Assembly (NCBI GenBank): GCA_051942245.1 | Contig: JAVECL010000265.1 | Span: forward strand, 1 to 32,029 | Length of the DNA stretch: 32,029 nucleotides | Direction: 5' to 3' | Source of the DNA: Trypethelium eluteriae | Taxonomy: Eukaryota | Part shown: positions 9,383 to 20,600 of the stretch, piece after piece | Layout of the letters: each line of letters begins with the position of its first letter | How positions within the stretch are numbered: position 1 is the first letter of the stretch | Notes under the pieces: generated by a model | The model's input: the letters and a program-made list of their open reading frames with translations, nothing else | Databases searched by the model: none | Told to the model about the DNA's origin: nothing | Made by a program: the position numbers and the translations under genes

Positions 9383-11690
9383 TGGGGCAAGAAGATGTAG
9401 TATAGTGAGTGCTGCGGACGATGTCCACGCCTTGGCCTACTGCTAAGGCTGCTAAGACAGGGTAAAAGTAAACGTGAACGAGCTGAACAGAAAATACCAT
9501 AGTAATCGAAAAGCAACTTAGTTACGGATTGCGACCTTCTTTGCGCGTCGAGTCTTTCAGTCAGAGGCGCCATAGGAAACGAGAAGGCTGAATTGAACTG
9601 TCTAATCAGCTGTTAGAGACATTTTCTGTCACAGAACAGGCACATACCGAGTCCGATATAGGATTGTTTCCCGATGTTTGTACGTCACTTCTCCCCATAA
9701 TTCTATCGGCACATCCGACGATGGTGCAGCCACGTTCAGGCACCAGAGATGCAGGGCATCAGAGATGTTGGACTCATAGTGCGTGCCGATCCTACCTCGT
9801 GTCGATACTGTACGGGAGCCGCCACGGCCGGAGCGAGAGATTCTGCAGAGATTCTATTGTCCGCACTGCTTCACTCAAAGCATAAGGTGCCACAAAGCCA
9901 TTCTTATCCCGACGTACCGGAGACAACTCGGCGAGGATTCGAAGCGCTGGAGCATCACAGTCGAGTACCTGTGTACTCCACTACAACAGCCCGTGCGAAT
10001 CCTTTCGGCCGAGCCAGCAGCCGTGGGCACGTCGAGGAAGGGGGTCGGAATGCGAATACTCCGTACAGCTGAGCCGCAAAGATTGAGTGGTTTTTCTGCT
10101 GAATGCAGTGCACTGACGTGCCTTACTAAGACAATGGCCCCACTGCCATCGACTCTGCAGTCCATCTCCTTCCCGTCCACCCCGTACCACATCTTCCTTC
10201 AGGTCAATGGTTCTCTTCAAACCTTCGAGTTCCTCTGTTAGTATTGTACTGATGACTCATTGAATCATGTCGTAAAAACACATTGATTTCCTACTGTGAT
10301 TAGAAAGGTATGCAAAGAAGAAATAAGAAACGGCCGGAGAAGAACAAATCCAGCCCTCGAAACATGATTCGTGTATTCCTTTGACTAGGGCCGATCCTCC
10401 ATCCAAATTCTCGGTTGCAGCTCTGAATAGGCAGACAATAGATCTGCTTGATGTGTAGGCTAAGCGAGCTTCCCGTCCAAAATTGTAGCGCATTGCAGCA
10501 GCAGTCAGTCTCAGTAATCACGTCATCTTATTTTAGCATTTGACAGAATGGCCTGCTGGCCCCCATTTTCCTCGCCAAGCGAAGATGCGAAGATGCGAAG
10601 CTGCCAAACAGAACACCGAATATCGTACCGAAACCGTTGCATGAAGAAATCCCAAGTGTGCCGCGGTGAGTCTTCGGCTCCTGCCGCATCCAGTCTTGTC
10701 AAACGATGCTGCCGGTGAAAGATGAAAAACACAGCAAAAGAAGCTGCTTACCCGATGTCATCTCGGGCCGACTGTCTAGATGTCGTTGTCCAATCGAACT
10801 TGGGCGATCTATACGTGGCATCAAATCTCCACTGAATGGGGAAAACAGTCTGACCCAGTAGCGCTCCATCATACCCCACGACAATCCGCGATTCAAATCC
10901 TGGTCTAGTCAGGGCGGAATGGACGAGCCGTCCGTTACACCCCTATTGAGTGTATGTGTGAATTGATCAGGTCCGTTACTCTGCTGATGTTGCTTATGCA
11001 ATCTCGACAGACCTCGGCATCAGAGAGCGGAAGGAGCACCATACAGGCATTTGGAGAGCGCGATTCATGGAAATATCAACTAGCCAATGTTGGCTGACGA
11101 CAAAATTAATGTAGAGGCTCTCTTTTTCATGCAATGTCATGAATGTAATGGCATACTTCTAAGGTAGTTCTACACATTTCCTGTATTCTCGACTCATGAC
11201 ACATTTTAGGTACGTTGCACAAAGCAAAGCATTCAGTTACAGTCGGTTAAACTAACTTTGGTTAGGAAGCCGAAATGCTACGGAGTGCAACATCTACAGT
11301 TTGCCGTGGACGCAGATCCAAACTCATCAATTTGGTGGCCCGTCAGACTGACTGCCGACAGAGGCTTGGTGCAGCCCATTCAGCTTCCAGCCTTTGACAT
11401 CAGCAATTCGCTCTCAATGTTGGATAGACGCGGTAAAATGCAGTTTCGGCGACATAATCGCTTCAAGTACGGTTGGGCCTGCCATCAGGCACCGGCAAGT
11501 CTCTCCTTTCCCAACGGGTGAGGCTTCCTTCTGTCACAGCCATTTTAGCAGTCCCCTTGAATGAAGCGGACTCCAGCGGCACAGTCATTTAATAGAGAAT
11601 GCCTTTAACCGCTGTTGCGTTCTCTAACATTTGGGTCCTTGTTCCCCAAAACCTTAATTCTAGCTGAACTTTGCTCATCTCGGTCAAAAC
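9383..11690. promoter_or_regulatory. Divergent intergenic/promoter region shared by the Zn2Cys6 factor and the PKS-NRPS
   Basis: 2308 bp between head-to-head start codons, with no recognisable coding sequence. CGGCCG occurs at 9825, 10006 and 10331. Confidence 0.5.
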
Positions 11691-14600
11691 ATGGCTCGTC
11701 TTGATGAGCCTGTCGCCATCATTGGCAGTAGCTGCCGCTTTCCGGGAGAAGTTCAAGCACCATCGAAGCTATGGGACCTGCTCGTGCAACCGCGAGATCT
11801 ATCTGCCCGTATCCCGTCCGAACGATTCCATACAGCTGGATTCTACCATAAGGAGAAGACCCACCATGGGAGCAGCAATGTCCAGGACGCCTATGTCTTA
11901 TCTGAGGACATTCGCCAATTTGACGCACAGTTTTTCAACATTAAACCTATTGAAGCGGAAGCCATTGATCCACAGCACAGGATACTGTTAGAAACGGTTT
12001 ATGAAGGGCTCGAAGCCGCAGGACAGTCTATTTACACGTTGCAGGGCTCTTCTACCTCGGTCTACGTGGGTTTGATGAACGCCGACTACAATGATATAAT
12101 GAATCGAGATCTCAACACACTCCCACAATATACAGCCACAGGCACGGCCCGGAGTATATTATCGAATCGAATCTCATACTTTTTCGATTGGCACGGGCCG
12201 TCAATGACAATTGATACTGCGTGTTCATCTAGCCTGGTTGCTCTTCACGAGGCTGTTCGGTCCGTGCGATCCGGAGACTCGCCTATTGCGGTAGCAGCAG
12301 GGGCGAACTTGATACTGGGACCTGGTAAGCCCTCTTCCTTAGAGTAAAAACAATTTAAGTGAATTCAATGCTCTAACACTGCTTTACAATAGAATTCTTC
12401 ATATCTACCACGAATCTGGGAATGTTATCTCCGGATGGCCGGTCAAAGATGTGGGATATAGACGCAAATGGTTATGCGCGAGGTGATGGCTTTGCTGCCG
12501 TTATCCTCAAGCCGTTAAGTGCTGCTTTAGCTGACGGAGACCACATCGACTGTCTCATCCGTGAGACTGGCATCAACCAGGATGGCAGAACAAAAGGCAT
12601 CACAATGCCAAGCTCCGTGGCACAAGCGAACTTGATTCGAAGTACGTATGCAAAAGCTGGCCTAGATCCTCGCAAAAAGGAGGATAGATGTCAGTATTTC
12701 GAAGCCCACGGAACTGGCACGCCCGCTGGTGACCCCCAAGAGGCTTCAGCGATCGCGAGCGCATTTTTCGAACCAGGTGGGAAACGTGAGCCCGACGAAG
12801 AGCCACTGTACGTTGGCTCAATCAAGACAATCATTGGTCATACAGAAGGTACAGCTGGATTAGCAGGAGTCTTAAAAGCCTCGCTGGCAATGCAGCACAG
12901 TCAAATTCCTCCAAATCTGCTGCTGAATCAACTCAGCCCTCAGGTCAAACCGTTCTATGCCAACCTGCAGATTCCAAAGACTGTCTTACCCTGGCCAGCA
13001 CTGCCTGACGGTACTCCACGCCGAGCAAGCGTCAATAGCTTTGGCTTTGGAGGCACAAATGCTCATGTGTATGTCTAGCTTATTTCAGATCAAGCGATTG
13101 CTGACACACCTAGGATTCTTGAAAGTTATGAGGTGAGCGGCGAAAGGCCGCTAGAAAATCCTCGGGCATCTTTGCCGTTTGTCTTTTCAGCGAACTCCGA
13201 GCGTTCACTGAAAGCGACGCTACACTCGTTCTCTTCGTACTTAGAGGGCACCCCACAGGTCAATATGCGAGATCTGTCCTGGACACTACTTCGGCGAACC
13301 ATACTTCCACTGAAAGTCGCTTTTTCGGCGGCAACACCTGGAGAGCTTGCAGCAGAGATCGACAAAGAATTGGAGTCGAGTAAGGAAAGCCGCTCTGTTG
13401 GTATTCGGACACTCCAGGGAACGCGACTTTTGGGCATTTTCACAGGCCAAGGCGCGCAATGGCCACAAATGGGACGGCAACTCGTCTTGCATTTCGATCT
13501 TGCACGAACAACGCTCAAGGCTCTCGAGACGTCTCTTCAGGAGCTCCCTGTGTCAGATCGCCCATCGTGGTCCATTAGAGAGGAGCTTTTTAAAGGTGCC
13601 TCGGAATCTCGTCTGGGGGAGGCAGCTTTGTCACAACCTTTGTGTACAGCTGTCCAGATCGTGTTAGTCGATCTCCTGCGTGCTGCTCAAGTGAAGTTTG
13701 ACGCTGTCGTGGGGCATTCATCTGGTAAATACCTGCCCTCGTTCATTAATATGAATATGTTACTCACAGATTGAATAGGCGAGATTGCCGCCGCATATGT
13801 CTCTGGATTCGTCTCTGCTCGGGATGCCATCCGAATCGCCTACTATCGAGGCTTCCATGCCCACTTAGCGCGTGGCAAAAACGGAGAAAGAGGAGCAATG
13901 TTGGCTGTTGGCACTTCTTTGTCGAACGCGGTCGAAATCTGCAATGCTCCTGAGTTCCGGGGACGGATTTCTCTTGCCGCAAGCAACTCATCTTCTAGTG
14001 TGACACTCTCGGGGGACTCTGACGCAATATCTGCCGCTAAGGCCAAATTCGATCAATCTAAAACTTTTTCGAGACTTTTAAAAGTGGATACTGCATATCA
14101 TTCTCACCATATGCTAGCATGCTCCGAGCCCTACATCAAGTCACTTCAAGATTGTGGTGTGCAGGTACAAACGCCTCCGAATGGCGCGTGTACTTGGTTC
14201 TCTAGTGTCCTTGGTGAGCGGATGATTATCCGGGATGAGTTGAGAGGGCCATACTGGCGCGACAACATGGTCAATACTGTTCTCTTTTCGCAGGCAATCG
14301 ATGCAGCTCTATCAGGCGGTGGGTCATATGACCTAGCCATCGAGATAGGCCCACATCCTGCCCTTAAAGGACCTGCTAGTCAGGTACTTCAAGAGACTGG
14401 AGGAACTAACGTGCCATACGTCGGTACCTTGACAAGAGGTTTTGACGACGTCACCAGCTTCTCTGCTGCACTCGGCTTCGTCTGGTGTAACTTAGGAGAA
14501 TCAATTGTCAATCTGGCATCTTATGATGCTGTCGTGGGCGGGGATACTAAAAGAAGACTGCTCAAGGGACTTCCCACATATAATTGGGATCATGACAGGC

Positions 14601-17600
14601 GCTATTGGGCTGAGTCTCGCAGATCCAAGGCCACTCTAGGACGAGATGAACCGGTGCATCAGTTGCTTGGCAGAAAATCACCCGAAAGCACCGATGACGA
14701 GGCCCGATGGGTAAACGTACTGAAACCCAAGGAAATTGATTGGCTTAGTGGTCATCAGATACAAGGCCAGACCGTGTTTCCAGCGGCCGGCTATGTCGCG
14801 ATGGCCCTTGAGGCGGTAATGGTGCGGTATGGAGAGAAGAGCATCCAATTAATTGAAATATTCGACCTAACCATCGATCGATCTTTGGCGTTTGACAACG
14901 ACACGGATGGAATTGAGGTCCATATCACGCTGTCTTCCTCTGTTCTGACTGGAGCTGATACATCCACCGCAAGCTTCAAATGTCATGCTGCACTTTACAA
15001 GCAATCCTCGGACTTGGTTCTAATATCCAGTGGGCATGTACGCATCACTCAGGGTGACCCATCGCAAACAGTTCTGCCGCCAAGACCACAACCCGCAACT
15101 AATACTATCAAGATCGACGTGGATCGTTTCTACGACACCTTGGGAGGGCTAGGCTATGGCTACAATGGAGCGTTCAAAGCCTTGACCTCCATACAGAGGA
15201 AAATAGGTACTGCTTCAGGATCTCTAATTGAGTCGACATCCGGACTAGAGCGAACAGATTTCTTAGTACATCCAGCCAGTCTCGACGTTTCCATACAAGC
15301 TATCATGGCCGCCTATTCCTACCCAGGAGATGGTAGATTCTGGTCTCTCCATGTGCCTACCAGTATCAAACGGATTGCTGTTAATCCTGTCTTATGCCAG
15401 GCGCGACCCAAGATAGCGTCCAAATTTGACTTCAACACCACCGCAAGTGATTCTCATTCTTCTGAGATTCGTGGAGATATACGTTTGTTCGGCCAGCATG
15501 ATGAGTGCTCCATGATCGAAGTTGAGGAGGTAAGACTGGTTCCTCTGTCTGCTGCAACACCGGCGAATGATCGTCCTATGTTCGCAAGAAATGTCTGGGA
15601 CGTTGCATTTCCCAACGCCGATACCGCAGTTGAGCACTGCTTCGATCTCGACAAGGAAGGAAATTCGAAGCATCTCTGGATTGCTTGCACCGCGCGGCAA
15701 ATTATCCATCGCTATCCGCACATGAGGATTCTCCAAATCGGTAGGCGTTGAACAAACATATTTGAGCAGATAAGAACTAACCTTCTTGAAGCTGGCGGCA
15801 CGGGCGAGTCAACGCAAGAGATTATTAGCCAATTGGGAACATTTTTCGATACTTATACGTTCACAGATAAATCCTCAGAGTACGTTGAGAATGCAAGGAG
15901 ATATTTTCCAAACTTGTTGAAGAAATTGGCTTTCCAAGAGCTCGATTATGATGACGATATTACGTATCAAGGTATTGATGCTAAAAGTTATGATATGATT
16001 ATTGCAATCAATATCGCAAACAAAACTGCATCCCTGGAGAAGCTGCTGAGAGGTATGCGATCTCTCTTAAAGCCAGGTGGCCAATTGTTGATGGAAGAAA
16101 ACATGTACAACCGGCCGACCGGGTATCGATATAACGATGAAGGGATCAAGTCCGCCACCAGCTGGAACGCATCTTTAAGAGCGGCAGGATTCTCGGGTGT
16201 GGATACAATTACTGGCTCAGACGGCAGTAAGCCGACCAGTTCTGTCTTTACTTCAGTTGCTACGGATGAGCGTGTTGACTATCTCCGCAATCCACTCCGC
16301 AATCCACTTCACCACTCCCTGGATCCGGATATCGAGGATCTGGTTGTCATTGGAGGTCAAATTCTGGAGAATGCAAAGCTTGTAGAAGAGATCGAGTCGC
16401 TCTTACGCCCGCGAGTGGGGCGCATCATCATCATTGACTCTCTGGAACATGTTCATGAACATCTTTTACCCAGCATGTGTTCGGTTCTTTCCTTGTCCGA
16501 TTTGGACGGGCCATTGTTCATGGATTTTACAAATGAACGCCTTAGGGGCCTTCAAACTATGTTCAGCAGGATCGACACTATGGTTTGGGTCACCAGGGGT
16601 TGTCAGGCGCACGAACCCTTTTCAAATATGACTGTTGGACTTGGAAGATCCCTAGCGCTGGAGTTCCCTCATATTCATCTTCAGTTCCTGGACCTAGATC
16701 CTGACGAAAGGGTCGATGCGCAAACCCTGACTTCTGCAATGCTGAGGTTTCACGCCTACGAGCATTGGGAAAAGAACGAACAAGCAGATATACTCTGGAC
16801 ATCTGAACCCGAGCTCGCAGTTGAAAATGGGCATATCAAGATCCCCCGGATAATTCCCGACATCGCAAGAAATGAGCGGTATAATTCGAGCCAACGGAAA
16901 ATTGTAAAGGACGTGGACCCTTTCGAATTGGGTGCGGAGATTCAAAGTATTGGAGGGAAATATCTTATCCGCCAGCTCGCTGACTTTCCTCTCGAACCAT
17001 CTGCGACCAAAAACGGCAACTATGTGATCAAAGTTAGCCATTCCCTGTCGTCGTGTATCAAGATCTCGCCCAATTGCTATCTGTTCCCTGTCATTGGCGA
17101 GGTTGATGCGAATGGGAAGACCGTCTTTGCCTTGTCGAGTACGAATTCGTCAATCATCACGGTCTCGGAGTCTTGGACAATTCAAGTGAAAGATCTTGCT
17201 GAACGCAAGCCAGAAGCCTTACTCGTGGCCTGTGGCCAGATCCTTGCTAAGGCCATCTCTTCCTCTGTCCCTGAGAATAGCTCTGTTTTGATACACGAGC
17301 CACCCCTCTGGCTGACTTCCGCATTGAGGGCCGAGGCGAAGCACAAAATACTTCGTCTACTGCTCACAACATCAACACATAGCTCATCAGACTCGTTCGA
17401 CACTATTATACATGCTCAAGCCTCCAGTCGCGATATTAGAAAATTGGTCCCTAGCGACGTAACTCTTTTCATGGACCTTTCCCTCGCGAACATCAACATA
17501 AAAAGTACTGGACGGCGGATTGCAGAAAATTTGCCTGGCGTGTGCCTGATCGGAGATGAAACTGCAGTCTTTAAGTCGGACTCGTTACTACCAAGCTCGG

Positions 17601-20600
17601 CTTCCGCTTCTTCCACGATCTCCGAAGTCCTCAAGGATCTTAAACTTTCAGAAGCTCTGCCTATTAATCCTATTGAACATAGCTCTCTCTCCCCGGCAGA
17701 ATTAACACATGCAGATTCAACACTTGTAGCGGAAGTCATTGATTGGACTATCAACCCAACCATCCCAATTGATGTTCAGCCTGTTGATTCTGGACGTCTC
17801 TTTAACCAGGATAGGACGTATCTGCTCGTTGGTCTGACAGGAGATCTTGGGTTGTCTCTGTGCGAATGGATGGTTGACCATGGAGCGAAGAACGTAGTCC
17901 TCACAAGCAGAAATCCCCAAGTGGATGAAACATGGCTCAAAGAGGTGCAAAAGAGCGGAGCCATCATAAAAGTATGTGCCGTCGATATAGCAGACGGTGA
18001 TGATCTACAAGAGCTGTACAGGCAGCTCTCTTCGACATTACCGCCGATCGCCGGCGTTGTCAATGGTGCAATGGTTCTCCGTGATGCTCCATTCTTCGAC
18101 TTGGAGCTCCCTCAGTTTGAAGCTGTCCTGAAGCCGAAGGTAGATGGGACAATACATCTTGATCGCTTATTCTCGTCGGACATTCCATTGGATTTTTTCA
18201 TCCTTTTTTCTTCAGTTGCGGCAGTGGCTGGAAACCGAACACAGACAGCGTATAGTGCAGCGAACATGTTCATGACTGCTCTTGCTGCCCAGCGAAGACA
18301 ACGAGGGCTCGCGGCTTCAGTCATGCACGTCGGATCAATTATTGACCGCGGCTATATGGCTCGTGAATTGCCCTTTGAAGTGCAAAAGACTATTAGGAGA
18401 GAGGTCGGTATGTGGATATCTGAAAGAGACGTCCATCAAATGTTTGCAGAAGCCATACTTGCTGGCCACCCAACCACCGCTGAGAGTCCTGAGGTTGTCT
18501 CCGCCTTTCACGTAGATGAGCCTCAAAAGGCAACGAAGACGAATTGGTATAAAAACCCGCGCTTTGGATTCTGCATCCAACATAAGACGGATGGGCTCGG
18601 TCTCGAGGACAGCCAAACAAAGACGTCAATGAGCGCACGCCTAATGGCCGCCACGACGCTAGATGAGGTTTTCGAGATCGCCAAAGAATCCTTCATCCCC
18701 AAGCTTTTGAACATCCTACAGTTGAACTCTGATGAAGCCGGGGACTTTGCGCGTATCCTTGATTCCGCTACAGATGATCTTGGCGTCGATTCCCTCATCG
18801 CGGTGCAAGTCCGATCCTGGTTCATCGACGAAATGGACGTTGATCTGCCAGTTCTAAAGATTCTCAGTGGTGCTTCGGTCAATGATCTGCTGAAAGAAGC
18901 TGCAGAGAAATACTCGGAGCAGGTATCAAGTATTGTCGAGGTTGAACAGAACCCAGGCAATGATGACGAATTGATCCACTTGGAGTCTAAGACGGAGGAC
19001 GAGAGCGATTTATTATCCTCTATAAATGGTGAGACAAGCACGGGCGCATCAGGCACGTCTACGCCCAGCATCAATCTGAGTTCCACATCAGTCTCCTCTG
19101 TGGTATCTAAGGATGAATATGATGTGGCTAGCTTGAAGCCTGACAGACCTAAGCCAAACGTGACACGCTCCATGGACATGTCTTACGGCCAATCGAGATT
19201 TTGGTTTCTTAGCTCATTCCTCCGAGATCCTACGACCTTCAATGTTACCGTGTCATTCCGCATCAAGGGGAATCTTCGCGTTGGCGACCTTGCAAGAGCT
19301 GTCCAGGTCGTCGGGCAAAGGCACGAAGCCCTCCGAACTTGTTTTTACACCGACATGCAGTCGAAGCCAATGCAGGGAGTGATACAGTCTGGCTATCTAA
19401 ATCTAGAGGAAAAGACAGTCTCAAGCGACGCTGAGGTGCTCCAGGAATACAACAAGCTGAAAGGCCATGTATTTGATATCCAGCACGGCAGAACGATGAG
19501 GATCATTCTCCTCTCTCAATCTACCATCTTGAATCATTTACTGATCGCCTATCACCACATTAACATGGATGGCAGCAGTCTATCTGTACTGCTGACTGAG
19601 CTAGAGAAGGTATACAATCACCAAACGCTGCCCTCGAACCTTTTGCAGTATCCAGATTTTGCGATGCGACAGCGCCGAGATGTCCAGAAAAGTAACCTGC
19701 AGAACGAACGCAACTATTGGCGACAGGAGTTTCCAGATATTCCCTTGCCTCTTCCGCTATTTCCTCTGTCAGGGCAGAGCAATCGCCGTCCAATTCAAGA
19801 CTACAACTTCACTAGAGTAGATTTGAAGCTTGACGCCTCATTTAGTACGCAAATCAAGAATGTGGCACGGAAATGTAAGGTCTCAACCTCAAACTTTTTT
19901 CTCGCGACTCTGAGAACCATGTTATTTCGGTTCTTGGATACCGACGATTTGTGCGTTGGTATTGCCGACGCAAACCGTATTGATAGCGATGCAACGAACA
20001 GCATCGGCATGTACCTCAACGTCCTTCCACTACGCTTTCGCTTGCGTAAAGGAGAAAAGTTCATCGAGTCTCTCGATGAAGCCAAGAAGAAGTCACAGAA
20101 TGCTCTGAGAAACTCCAAGCTTCCCTTCGATGCTCTCTTGGATGAGCTTGATGTTCCTCGTTCATCCGCGCATAGTCCCCTATTCCAAGTCTTTTATGAT
20201 TACAGACCGGGCATCGCAAGCATGCGCACGTTTTCCGATTGCCAGATTGAATACACGAACTTCTCCCTAGGCAGAACTGCATATGATCTTGTCCTCGATA
20301 TTGCAGAGGACACCACTGGGGAATTTGTGATCATGTTCAAGGTCCAAAAATACCTCTACACGCTCGACGATGGCAAAATCTTAGCTAGCAGTTTCAAGAG
20401 TCTCCTTGAAGCTTTTGCAAAGAACACGGACTTGGCTCACGATGCATCACCTCTCTTTCCGCAAGCAGATGTGAGTCGAGCTCTGAAGCTCGGACAAGGA
20501 AGCTATATGACATCCGATTGGCCTACCACTATTCCGCACCGCATTGACGACATCATTGACCAGAATAGCAAGAGGACGGCAGTAAACGATGATTTTGGCA

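Noticed and set aside
9783..10241. 152-aa ORF (internal MAPLPSTLQSI) as a possible relic of the missing trans-enoylreductase
   Set aside because: The resemblance is superficial; I found no LovC-type motifs (NPxDxK, GxDxAG, GAFAEY, GGSTATG) nearby.
10581..10600. Short tandem repeat GAAGATGC x2.5 (also GGCAATTCCA x2.4 at 26278-26301)
   Set aside because: Two-copy slippage duplications with no array or spacer structure; not CRISPR-like.
18523..19179. 218-aa antisense ORF (and similar ones, e.g. 22720-23301) inside the PKS-NRPS
   Set aside because: Shadow ORFs opposite a long, motif-complete coding frame; no independent signal.
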